64,000 bases of DNA. Source: Vicinamibacteria bacterium (lineage in GTDB: Bacteria > Acidobacteriota > Vicinamibacteria > Marinacidobacterales > Marinacidobacteraceae). Below, one piece after another: positions 50,510 to 59,548 of this stretch. Under the pieces are notes generated by a model. The model searched no databases, was not told the origin of the DNA, and was given only the letters and a program-made list of their open reading frames with translations. A program made the translations under genes and the position numbers. The stretch lies in the NCBI GenBank assembly GCA_963555995.3, contig OY821641.1, positions 2,304,001 through 2,368,000 of the forward strand. The letters are read 5' to 3'. Position 1 is the stretch's first letter. The number at the start of each line of letters is the position of its first letter.

Positions 50510-50715
50510 GCGGGGACCGCTCCACGGTCCGCGCCAGCTTCTTTCGCGGGGAGGGGAAACCCCTCCCCACACCCCTCCCCCGCGGCGCGCTGCGCCGCGA
50601 ATGGGTACAGCCAGGGTTTCGCCACGAACCGCCAAGTGTAGAGATCACGGAATCGGCGGGGACCTGATAATCCCCTGATCTCCCCATCCGACATTCCCCC
50701 TGGAGGATCACCGCC

Positions 50716-51585
50716 ATGCGTTCCCCGATCTCGAAAACGATTCCGCCAGCCCTCGCCCTCGCGCTCCTGCTTCCCGCCGGGGCCTTTGCCCAACAGGGCC
50801 CCGACAAGGGCTCGCTGGTCATCGTCGGCGGGGCGCTCCGCGACGACGCGATCCTCGAACGCTTCATCAGCCTCGCGGGGGGACCGGAAGCTCCCATCGT
50901 GATCATTCCCACCGCCGGCGGCGAGGACGACTACGACGCGTGGTACGCGGGCGCCCGGCGGTTCCGCAACCTCGGGGTGAAGAACATCACCGTCCTCCAC
51001 ACCTGGAACCGGGAAGAGGCCGAGAGCGAAGCGTTCGCCGAGCCGATCACCAGGGCCCGCGGGGTGTGGTTTCCCGGCGGGCGGCAGTGGCGGCTGGTGG
51101 ACGCCTACGCCGACACCCGCACCGAGCGGGAGCTGCACGCGCTGCTCGCGCGGGGCGGCGTGATCGGCGGGTCCTCGGCCGGGGCAACGATCCAGGGCGA
51201 ATACCTCGCGCGCGGGGACACCAGCGGCAACACCATCATGATGGGCGACCACGAGGAGGGCTTCGCGTTCTTCCGGGGAACGGCGATTGACCAGCACCTG
51301 CTGGTGCGGAACCGCCATTTCGACCTCCTGGAGATCATCGCGGCCCGGCCCGAGCTGCTGGGCATCGGCATTGACGAGGACACCGCCATCGTGGTCCGCG
51401 GAAACGGTTTCGAGGTAATCGGCCAAGGCTACGTCGCGATCTACGACAACACGAGGGAATTGCCGAACGGCGGGACCTTCTACTTCCTGATGCCCGGCGA
51501 CCGCTACAACATCGAGACCCGGGAGCCGCTCCGGCTCCAGTACGGCGAAAACGCCTTCACCACCACCGTCAAGAAGAGGCGCTGA
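50716..51585 (+). CDS. Cyanophycinase-like peptidase S51 with signal peptide
   Basis: LVIVGG, IIPTA, GGRQWRL, GGSSAGA, IDQH, GIDEDTA; RBS GGAGG. Confidence 0.9.
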   Translation: MRSPISKTIPPALALALLLPAGAFAQQGPDKGSLVIVGGALRDDAILERFISLAGGPEAPIVIIPTAGGEDDYDAWYAGARRFRNLGVKNITVLHTWNREEAESEAFAEPITRARGVWFPGGRQWRLVDAYADTRTERELHALLARGGVIGGSSAGATIQGEYLARGDTSGNTIMMGDHEEGFAFFRGTAIDQHLLVRNRHFDLLEIIAARPELLGIGIDEDTAIVVRGNGFEVIGQGYVAIYDNTRELPNGGTFYFLMPGDRYNIETREPLRLQYGENAFTTTVKKRR

Positions 51586-51687
51586 AACCGACGCCGAGGC
51601 ATCCTGCGTTCGGGGTCCGGCGGACCGACCTGCGGTTCCCCGAGCGGACGCTCCGGCTCCGTCCCGCCGGCCAATGTGACGTACAGG

Positions 51688-52518
51688 TTACAAACGCCGC
51701 CCGTCACCCTCCGCCGCCGGCTGGATCCTGACGGCGCCGTCTTCGAGGCGAAGCGCCGTCAGCGAACCGTTCCAGACGCAACCCGAGTCGAGGCAGACCG
51801 CCCGTTCGGACACCATCAGGCCGAGGGCCGCCCAGTGGCCAAACAGCACGGTCAGGCCCTCCGGCAGCGAAACGCTCTCGAACCACGGGCGGTGACCCGG
51901 CGGGATGGACTCGGGAACCCCGTCGAAGTCGAAGGACGGGGTCCCCTCCCCGTCCACGATGCGGATCCGGGTCAAGACGGAAGCCGCCGCGACGGCCCTG
52001 CCGAGGTCGTCTCCGGGCGACTCCTCGCCGTCCTCCGGCGGGCGGTCCCCGCGAAGCGAATAGAGCGCCCGCAGGAAGCCGGGACGGTCCCGCGACAGAC
52101 CTCCGCTCGCGGCCGCGCCGGCGGTTTCCACCTCGGCGAGGCCCCACCCGGGGAGCAGGCCCGCGTGCACGAGCAAAAACCCGGCCTCGCGATGAACGAA
52201 GGGAAGCCCGGCGACCCAGTCGCACAGCTCGCCGGCGTCCGGGGCGGCGAGCAGCGGCGCCAGTGTGTCCCGCCGGCGGGCCGGAATCACTCCCTCGCGC
52301 TGCGCCAGCAGGTGCAGGTCGTGGTTTCCGAGCACGCACACCACCGATTCGCGATGCCGGTACGCCCAGCGCAGCATGCCGAGCGAGTCGGGTCCCCGGT
52401 TGACGAGGTCCCCCACGAACCAGAGCCGGTCGCTTCCGGGCCGGAATTCCAGGCGGTCCAGGAGCGCCTGGAACGTGCTAAAACACCCCTGCACATCGCC
52501 GACGACCCAGGTTGCCAC
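51688..52518 (-). CDS. apaH: Symmetrical diadenosine tetraphosphatase
   Basis: GDVQGC, GDLVNRGPDS, LGNHDLHLL, VHAG, FGHWAALG, LDSGCVW. Confidence 0.94.
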   Translation of the reverse strand: MATWVVGDVQGCFSTFQALLDRLEFRPGSDRLWFVGDLVNRGPDSLGMLRWAYRHRESVVCVLGNHDLHLLAQREGVIPARRRDTLAPLLAAPDAGELCDWVAGLPFVHREAGFLLVHAGLLPGWGLAEVETAGAAASGGLSRDRPGFLRALYSLRGDRPPEDGEESPGDDLGRAVAAASVLTRIRIVDGEGTPSFDFDGVPESIPPGHRPWFESVSLPEGLTVLFGHWAALGLMVSERAVCLDSGCVWNGSLTALRLEDGAVRIQPAAEGDGRRL

Positions 52519-52652
52519 AGAGCCGGATGCTAATGCGGAGACCGGCTCTCCGAGCCGGAAAGGATGCTTGAAACCATGACGACGGGCACCTGTGTGGCGT
52601 TTCCCGCGGTTCGGACCAACGGCGACGGCCGGGACTGCCGGCAGCCGTCCGC

Positions 52653-54164
52653 ATGACCGCCCGACGAAACCTCCCGATGGGCCTCTTCGCCGCCGTGGAC
52701 CTCGGTTCCCGCAGCTTCCACCTCACCGTGGCCCGGGTCCACGGCGAGAACATCGAGGTGGTGGACCGGGTCAAGGAGCCGGTGCGCATGGCCGCGGGGA
52801 TCCGGAACAAGGCGGTGGAACCGGCGGTCTGGCGGCGCGTCGCAGCCGCGCTCGCCCGCATCGGAGAGCGCATTCGGGACATCCCGCCCGGCCAGGCGCG
52901 GGCCGTGGGCACGAACGCCTTCCGGCAGGTGAGGGACCGGAAGGCCCTGCTCGGGGAGGCCGCGAAGGCGCTCGGCCACCGGGTGGAGGTCATTTCCGGC
53001 GCCGAGGAGGCGCGCCTCATCTACCTCGGAGTCAGCACGCTCCTCCCGGACGATACGGACCGGCGACTGGTCGTGGACATCGGCGGCGGCAGTACCGAAC
53101 TCGTGATTGGCAGGGGACACGAACCGCTGAAGGCCGCGAGCCTCTACATGGGATGCGTCTCCTTCACCCGCCGCTTCTTCCCGAGCGGCGTCATCAACAA
53201 GGCCGCGTTCGCCGCCGCCGAAACGGAGGCGCGCCGGGAACTCGAAACGGTGGAGGAGGGATTCCTGGGACTCGGCTGGTCGAGCGTGTTCGGTTCGTCG
53301 GGAACGGTCGAGGCGGCCGCGGAACTGCTCCGGACGAACGGCGGCCTCACCCGCTCCGGACTGAAGGGGCTCCGGAACCGGATGATCCGCGCCGCCCACG
53401 TCGAGGCCGTGGCCGAAGGCCCGGACGCGCTCTCCGGATTTCCGAAGGATCGGACGTGGGACTTTCCGGGCGGGGTGGCGATTCTCCGGGCGGCCATGAA
53501 GACCCTCGGCATCGAGCGGATCGAGCCGGCCGAAGGGGCGCTCCGCGAGGGCGTGCTCTTCGACCTGATCGGCCGGCGGCGGCGACAGGACGTGCGGGAA
53601 GCCACGATCCGCAACCTGATGACCCAGTACCGGGTGGACCTCGAACAGGCCGAACGGGTGAAGGCCACCGCGCTGGTCGGACTGCGGCAGCTCCGGGAGC
53701 CGTGGGGACTCACGCACGAGTCCCACGAGCGCTTCCTGCGCTGGGCCGCCGATCTCCACGAGATCGGCCTGTCGGTGTCCTTCAGCGGCCATCACCGTCA
53801 CGGCGCCTACATCATCCGGAACTCGGAAATGCCCGGGTTTTCCCGGGACGACCAGGAGCTGCTGGCCGCGCTCATCGAGACCCACCGGCAGCGACTCCGC
53901 TACGGCCGCTTCGACGAGATGACCGCCGCCGATCCGGCCGCCACCGGCCGGCTGGCGGCCATCCTGCGCATTGCGGTGCTCCTCTGCCGCCGGCGCAGCC
54001 GGGAGCCCCTGCCCCTGATCGAAGCCGCCGCCGCGGACGGCCGCCTCGAACTCGCCTTCCCTCCCGGCTGGCTCGACCACCACCCCCTGACCCGCGCCGG
54101 CATCGCCCAGGAGGCGGAGGAACTCGCCGCGATTGGCCTTGAGCTCCGGGTCCGGGATTCGTAG
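52653..54164 (+). CDS. ppx: Exopolyphosphatase, Ppx/GppA family with HD domain
   Basis: AAVDLGSRSFHL, ISGAEEARLIY, DIGGGSTE, ALREGV, LHEIG, MPGF. Confidence 0.92.
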   Translation: MTARRNLPMGLFAAVDLGSRSFHLTVARVHGENIEVVDRVKEPVRMAAGIRNKAVEPAVWRRVAAALARIGERIRDIPPGQARAVGTNAFRQVRDRKALLGEAAKALGHRVEVISGAEEARLIYLGVSTLLPDDTDRRLVVDIGGGSTELVIGRGHEPLKAASLYMGCVSFTRRFFPSGVINKAAFAAAETEARRELETVEEGFLGLGWSSVFGSSGTVEAAAELLRTNGGLTRSGLKGLRNRMIRAAHVEAVAEGPDALSGFPKDRTWDFPGGVAILRAAMKTLGIERIEPAEGALREGVLFDLIGRRRRQDVREATIRNLMTQYRVDLEQAERVKATALVGLRQLREPWGLTHESHERFLRWAADLHEIGLSVSFSGHHRHGAYIIRNSEMPGFSRDDQELLAALIETHRQRLRYGRFDEMTAADPAATGRLAAILRIAVLLCRRRSREPLPLIEAAAADGRLELAFPPGWLDHHPLTRAGIAQEAEELAAIGLELRVRDS

Positions 54165-54240
54165 GAATGCCGCCGGACGCCTGCTTCTACCGGGGGCAGG
54201 AGGCGGGGAAGGGCGGCCGGGGGTTGGTGGAAGTCAAGCT

Positions 54241-55088
54241 TCAGGACCGGCAGCCGCGCGTCAGGATGGTCTCGACGGGGCACCGCAAGGTGATCGGTGC
54301 GCAGCCAGGAGCCACCGCGTCGAGACGCAGATCGTTGTACCAACTGAGCGATATCCGCTGACGGTGACTTCCCGCCGAGAGTCCCTGATAGGGCAGGCTG
54401 TTAGGAATCGCCAACGCGACGGGAGGTACGTGAGACAGGGCGATGGGCAGCTCGGGTGGGTCGTCGCGGTCTTGGAGGCGTTCCTCCCAGTACGGATCAG
54501 AGATCCGGAGTCCGACGCTCGGCGGGCCTTCGAGTGTGAGACGCGCCACTGAGAAGCTCCCGTCGAAATCGAAGTCCTCGCGGGTCGCCGAAAGTTCCAG
54601 GCGCTCGCATCCGGGCCAGCGCTCCCCGTCGTCAGGCTCACGCTGAAGGTCGCTGACTCCGCGGCCAGCGCAACCTCCGGCGGCAGTCCCTCCGGCGGCG
54701 GAACCAGGGTGATCCGGAAGTCAGTCGGAGGTTCCGTTCGTCGGTCCGAGATGCCCACGATCTCGACGGCGCCGTGCCCGTAAGCCTCGATCTCGACGGT
54801 TTCCGGTGCGAGCACCTCACTCGCGGGGCCGCTCCGTTCCACGGACAACGCGAGCGGCGCCCGCAGCAGCACACCGGAAACCACGATCGCGGCTCGGACG
54901 CGGCCGCCCTCGGGGAGACTCGCGCGGGCAGGGTCCGCAAACCCGATCCAGGTCTCCGGCTCGGGAGGAGGCGGGGGCGCCGGCACCGGCGGCGGCCCGG
55001 CCTGCGGGGCGGTCAGCCCGCCGCCGTCGCCGCAACCCGCGGACAGCAAACCAGCCAACAGAATCCGGGCGGCGGTCCGCCGCGTCAC
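54241..55088 (-). pseudogene. Proline-rich lipoprotein, apparently frameshifted near 54630
   Basis: Lipobox LSAGC, PPPPPEPE, Ig-like strands; the natural continuation DDGERWPGCERLELS...TRGCRS* lies in another frame. Confidence 0.6.
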
Positions 55089-56146
55089 CGCAGCCTCCCC
55101 GACTCCAACTCGATGTCGGCCACGCCGACCGTTCGGCCCGGCGTCACCTCCACCCACTGCCAATGATCGAGAACATCGAGACCACGTCCGTCGAACGCCA
55201 TGGCGAGCAGGTCGCCGTGCGCGTTGCTGTAGTGAATCAGGATCGGATGGACCCAGAGCAGCACGGCTCCGAGCTGCAATCCCTCCAGGTGGAAATACCC
55301 GGCTTCGTCCGCAAATGCTCCCGGACCCATGCGAGGCCGGGAACCGGGATACACCGCCTGGACGTAGGTGAACGGAACCGTCCCCGAATCTCCGACCAGC
55401 CGACCGGCGATGGCGCCCCGTAAGGCGACGAATCCGGATGCCGGGTACAGGAGCGAAACACCGGTCTTCTCGTCTTCACTGACCACCCCGGCGCGCCCGA
55501 AACCGTAGGACATCACGGTTTCGGGCAGGAACCCGGCCGGAATCGGAGGGGGTCGTTCCTGGGAGTACTCGAGCCACCCGGGAATCGGATGGGGCTCGGT
55601 GTGGGCGAGCCCGAGGCAGTGGCCGATCTCGTGCACCAGCGTCTTCCGCATCCGCAGTTCCACCTCCTCACGGTCCACTCCGTCCTCCAGCCACCCTCGG
55701 AAGCGGTCCACGTTCATCTCGATGTCGCAGTGCGTCAGGCGACCGGTAGATACGGACGACCACAGTGGCGCCTTGCCGCTGAACGAACTTTCATCTCCGA
55801 ACGGGACCCAACCGATCGTGAACATTCCGTCGGACCCGTCCCGCCCCTCGCCTTGGACCCAACCGGGTTCCAGCCGCAACTCGATGTCCGCCGTCGGGAT
55901 CGAGGACCACTCCCGGAGCGCGTCCGCAGCCATGTTCCGCCAGCGGGTCTCATCCAGGTAGTCCGGGATGCTCTCCTGTAGGTGGAACCGCAACGGAAAG
56001 TCCGCCGTCTCCCAGCGGAGGGCCGCCGACGCGGGCACGATCCACCGCCCCTCGCTCACCGGATAGAACCGGTAGGCCGGCGCCAAGGGCGCCGTCAACA
56101 GCAGGACGACAACCCCCGGTCCGAAAATCCGGATCCATCCCCGCAT
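55085..56146 (-). CDS. Secreted matrixin/M10 metzincin with C-terminal carboxypeptidase-regulatory-like domain
   Basis: HEIGHCLGLAH, Met-turn TVMSY, GAIAGRLV...GYFHLEGL. Confidence 0.88.
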   Translation of the reverse strand: MRGWIRIFGPGVVVLLLTAPLAPAYRFYPVSEGRWIVPASAALRWETADFPLRFHLQESIPDYLDETRWRNMAADALREWSSIPTADIELRLEPGWVQGEGRDGSDGMFTIGWVPFGDESSFSGKAPLWSSVSTGRLTHCDIEMNVDRFRGWLEDGVDREEVELRMRKTLVHEIGHCLGLAHTEPHPIPGWLEYSQERPPPIPAGFLPETVMSYGFGRAGVVSEDEKTGVSLLYPASGFVALRGAIAGRLVGDSGTVPFTYVQAVYPGSRPRMGPGAFADEAGYFHLEGLQLGAVLLWVHPILIHYSNAHGDLLAMAFDGRGLDVLDHWQWVEVTPGRTVGVADIELESGRLR

Positions 56147-56354
56147 CCGCACGCTGGCGATTCTATTTCCGTGCTTGTCTCGAACCGGGGAGCCGGTCTC
56201 CAGGCCTGCAGCGCTCGACGTAGATGGGCGCAACGCGTGACGCCCAGCGATCATCGGCGACCGAGGGGCGCATTCCGCGCGTAGAATCGGGTCGCCAAGA
56301 AAGAGGTGCGGCTCCGGAACTCTCGCTGTTTCGCCGAGCTACACAGACACGGCG

Positions 56355-56858
56355 TCACGGATCCAGCAACGCTGCGAGTTCGGACATGCGCAGGAGCAGC
56401 ATGAGCGGCTCCCGGTCCGAGAACGGACGAAACCCGAATCGTCCGTAGAAGGATCCGGCCTGGTCGTTGATGGCCTGCACGACGATGGCGCGCGCTCCGA
56501 TCAGATCGGCGGCCGCCAAGGCGCGTCGAGCCGCGTCAATGAGCAAGTCGGAGCCGAGGCGGTGGCCCTGATAGGAGGTGTCAACCGCGAGTTGCCCGAG
56601 CAGGATGACCGGTATCGGCTCGGGCATGTTGCGGCCGACCCGAGAGGAGACACGGCGCCGTTCGACGGAACTGGCGGCGAGGCTGTAGAACCCGGCGACG
56701 CGGACGCCGTCGCAAGCGACGTAGGTCCGCGCGCCGCCCTTCGCTTCGTTCAGTCGTGCCTTGCTCCGCAGCCAGGCATCGAGGGCGGGAACCCCGGAGG
56801 AGAAGTCGGAGACGTCGTGTTGGGAACCGAGCGATTCCGGTGCGCTCAGCGCCGCCAC
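56355..56858 (-). CDS. GNAT toxin (AtaT/TacT family)
   Basis: FSSGVPALDAWL, AGFYSL, PIPVILLGQLAVD..YQG..LGSDLL, FYGRFGF. Confidence 0.9.
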   Translation of the reverse strand: MAALSAPESLGSQHDVSDFSSGVPALDAWLRSKARLNEAKGGARTYVACDGVRVAGFYSLAASSVERRRVSSRVGRNMPEPIPVILLGQLAVDTSYQGHRLGSDLLIDAARRALAAADLIGARAIVVQAINDQAGSFYGRFGFRPFSDREPLMLLLRMSELAALLDP

Positions 56859-57103
56859 TGGGGCCTGCGCGCGAAACGCGCCTTGACGGCTGGATCGGGG
56901 TCCACCGGCGCGTCAAGCGCGGCGACGAAAGCCTCCCACGCCTCATCGTCAAGGGCAATGACGGGGCGCTCGTTCAGGGTCTCGATCGCCGCCGCCTCAC
57001 TGGAGCGGAGCACGAACTCGGTACGGGTGACGCCCCGGATGGCGGCCGCGCGGTCTATGAACGTGAGACGCTCGCTGGACATGCGGAAGTTGACCTGGGC
57101 CAT
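56846..57103 (-). CDS. DUF1778 RHH antitoxin (AtaR/TacA family)
   Basis: VNFRM, IDRAAAIRGVTRTEFV, LDDEAWEAFVAALDAP. Confidence 0.9.
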   Translation of the reverse strand: MAQVNFRMSSERLTFIDRAAAIRGVTRTEFVLRSSEAAAIETLNERPVIALDDEAWEAFVAALDAPVDPDPAVKARFARRPQWRR

Positions 57104-57127
57104 TGCCGTTCCCCCTGCTACAGACCA

Positions 57128-57147
57128 GTGTATAGCATATGTATAGC
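57128..57147 (-). promoter_or_regulatory. Putative TA operator/promoter (TGCTATACA direct repeat)
   Basis: AT-rich TGCTATACA-TA-TGCTATACA about 25 bp upstream of the antitoxin ATG. Confidence 0.5.
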
Positions 57148-57163
57148 AAACAAGCAGCCTGCA

Positions 57164-57207
57164 AATCCCGGAACGGGGAATGAACCGGCGGTGAACCGAC
57201 CGTGAAC
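57164..57207 (-). promoter_or_regulatory. Four 11-bp direct repeats, PhoB/PhoP-box-like
   Basis: GTTCACGGTCG GTTCACCGCCG GTTCATTCCCC GTTCCGGGATT. Confidence 0.55.
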
Positions 57208-57245
57208 GCCATTTCCCGGTCAGCGTCCGGGGAGCGGACGATCCC

Positions 57246-58481
57246 TCAGTTACGCCGGGGGTTCTGGAAGTCGAAGAGCCACTGGAAGAGGAGCAGCAAC
57301 TCGTGGTCGGCCACGGCGCCGAAACGCCAGCGGTAGTCGGCGGACAGGTGCGTCATGCTCCACGGGAGCTCATAGCGCGTCCCGGCGACGAGGTAGCTGG
57401 AGTGGCCGGAGTCTTCCACCGGACCGTGGTTCGTCTCGGTTCCGAACTCCCCCATCGCCCAGATCCCCTGGGGGAAGCGATGGCGGAACCGGGCGAACCC
57501 GCCGAAATGTTCCCGGCCGTACTGCTCCCGGCGGAAGGCCGCGCCCCGAAAATCGCGGTTGCCGTCGGTTTCGCCTTCCAGGTAGAAGCCCGTCTGGCGC
57601 CGCGGGGTCAACGCGTCGTCGGGACCGTCCCACCCCTCGTAGTGACCGGCATCCAGGAGTATGGACGTCCCGCCGATGTCGAAAATCCGGCCGACGCTCC
57701 CCAGCACGTCTTTCCTGGCGTTGTCTTCGGCCTCGTATCCGCTGCCCTGCACCACATGAAGCCGCGCGTTGTAGGCCCCCCGGTCGAGGAACATGAAGAT
57801 GCCGGTTTCCCGCGAGCGGGTGAGCCTGGCGCCGACGGCCGCGTGGATCGTCTGGCGGGAGTGCGACGACTCGGTGAACTCACCGAACCAGGCGAGCGAA
57901 CTGCGTCCGGCGCGGATCTGGAAGCCGCCGCCCACATCGAACTGCATCCAGAAATCGTGCATCCGGGTCTTGCCGAGGTCATAGGTGACGTTGGTGACGA
58001 TCCGGTTTCCGATCTTCGTCTTGCTCCAGAGGGAAAAGCTGCTGATCGAAGGGTCGCCGAGATCCCCGGCCTCGTCGAGCACCCGGCCGCGGAACCGGAC
58101 GTTCATGTCCACCAAGGGGGTGGCGCCGGCGCCGATCTGGGCAGCCCCGGAATCGGCACTCTCTCCGCCTTCCTCGGTCTCGGGCTCGTCGGCGACGCCG
58201 GTCTCGCCCGCTCCCTCGCCCGCTTCCTCCGCCGCAAGCTGCTCCTCACCGGTGAGTGGCGTGGCGGCGGCCATCTGCCCGGCCAGCTTCGCCTGCACGG
58301 TTTCTTCCTGAACAGCCCATCCGGAAGGAGTTCCCCCGGCAACGGCCGTTCCGGCCATGGCCCAGGACGTCAGGAGGAAGCAGAGCGTGCGGAACAGCGA
58401 TCCGCTTCGCAGCGCCAGACAAAGGGGCAAACTCCGGCCGCGAGCGCAACCGCGGCCACCCCGGGAATCCAAGCCCAGCAT
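57246..58481 (-). CDS. Outer-membrane porin, possibly phosphate-selective (OprO/P-like)
   Basis: Signal-like N-terminus, acidic linker, beta strands FQIRAGR, SRETG, EDNARKDVLG, terminal LLFQWLF; near phoBR and ppx. Confidence 0.65.
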   Translation of the reverse strand: MLGLDSRGGRGCARGRSLPLCLALRSGSLFRTLCFLLTSWAMAGTAVAGGTPSGWAVQEETVQAKLAGQMAAATPLTGEEQLAAEEAGEGAGETGVADEPETEEGGESADSGAAQIGAGATPLVDMNVRFRGRVLDEAGDLGDPSISSFSLWSKTKIGNRIVTNVTYDLGKTRMHDFWMQFDVGGGFQIRAGRSSLAWFGEFTESSHSRQTIHAAVGARLTRSRETGIFMFLDRGAYNARLHVVQGSGYEAEDNARKDVLGSVGRIFDIGGTSILLDAGHYEGWDGPDDALTPRRQTGFYLEGETDGNRDFRGAAFRREQYGREHFGGFARFRHRFPQGIWAMGEFGTETNHGPVEDSGHSSYLVAGTRYELPWSMTHLSADYRWRFGAVADHELLLLFQWLFDFQNPRRN

Positions 58482-58544
58482 GGGGTCACATTTTGTTGCC
58501 CGGGAGTTACGTCCGTCTGAAAGATTCTTGATTCGCCGGTCACG

Positions 58545-58587
58545 ATCCCATGAACATCAGGGAACAAAAGATGAATGTCCCATGAAT
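58545..58587 (-). promoter_or_regulatory. RTTCAT repeats at 11/11/10-bp period, PhoB-box-like
   Basis: ATTCATGGGAC ATTCATCTTTT GTTCCCTGAT GTTCATGGGAT upstream of the porin. Confidence 0.5.
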
Positions 58588-58663
58588 CCCGATTTCGAGT
58601 TGGTGACGCCATTCAACGAAGCCGTAATCCCGCAGCAACCGGACCCGGCCGGCGCCGGGCTGG

Positions 58664-59503
58664 TCAGCGGTCGTCGCGAATCGGATCCGCGGGATAGACC
58701 CCCAGGATCCTGACCGACCGGGAGAAGAAGCGGAGTTCTTCAAGCGCCTTCGCCACGCCCGAGTCCTCGGGATGGCCGGCGACGTCGCAGTAGAACTGCG
58801 TCGAGGTGAAGGAGCCGCCCAGCATGTAGCTTTCGAGCTTCTGCATGTTGACCCCGTTCGTCGCGAACCCCCCGAGCGCCTTGTAGAGGGCGCCCGGAAG
58901 ATTTCGCACCTGGAACACGAACGTCGTAATCGCGTCCACGTCACGAGGAACCGGAACCGGCTCTCCGGCCATGACGAGGAAACGGGTGATGTTTCGCGAG
59001 ACGTCCGCGATGTCCGGCGCCAGCACGGAGAGCCCGTGAAGTCCGGCGGCGAGCGCCGAAGCGATGGCCGCCCTGGAGGTATCGCCGCTTCCCGCGATCA
59101 GGATCGCGGCCCCGGCGGTGTCCGCCTCCGCGACGGGGCGCAGGCGCCGGCTGCGGATGAACTCCCGGCACTGGGCGAGCGCGTGCGGGTGACTGTGGAC
59201 GGTCCGGAGTCCGGCAAGCCTCGCTCCGGGAAGACCAAGGAGTTGGTGCCGTACCCGGTGGAAGGCCTCCGCGACGATCTGCAGATCGGATTCGGGCAGG
59301 AGGTGATGGATGTCCGCCACCCGACCGGCAACGGAATTCTCGATCGGAATCATCGCGAGTTCGGCGCTTCCCTTCCCCACTGCCGCGAACGCGTCCGCGA
59401 AGCTCTCGCAGGGCATCGGCTCGTGATCCGGATACCGCTCGCGGCACGCCAGGTCGGAGTAGGAGCCCGGGTATCCCTGAAACGCGATCTTCGGTGGAGC
59501 CAT
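58664..59503 (-). CDS. pheA: Prephenate dehydratase
   Basis: IAFQGYPGSYS, PIENSVAG, SHPHALAQC, NITRF, ACT domain GVNMQKLES. Confidence 0.95.
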   Translation of the reverse strand: MAPPKIAFQGYPGSYSDLACRERYPDHEPMPCESFADAFAAVGKGSAELAMIPIENSVAGRVADIHHLLPESDLQIVAEAFHRVRHQLLGLPGARLAGLRTVHSHPHALAQCREFIRSRRLRPVAEADTAGAAILIAGSGDTSRAAIASALAAGLHGLSVLAPDIADVSRNITRFLVMAGEPVPVPRDVDAITTFVFQVRNLPGALYKALGGFATNGVNMQKLESYMLGGSFTSTQFYCDVAGHPEDSGVAKALEELRFFSRSVRILGVYPADPIRDDR

Positions 59504-59548
59504 GGACAAAGGGAGCATACGCCCGAACTGTGTAGGATTTCCTCGGCC

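Noticed and set aside
50408-50640. tRNA-Sec (selC) or 6S RNA next to selB
   Set aside because: No TCA anticodon arm, T-loop or CCA end, and no 6S-like central bubble; it is a near-perfect stem with a short insert.
51674-51692. Pho-box-like TGTAACCTGTACGTCACA
   Set aside because: It overlaps the apaH stop codon between convergent genes, with no downstream gene to control.
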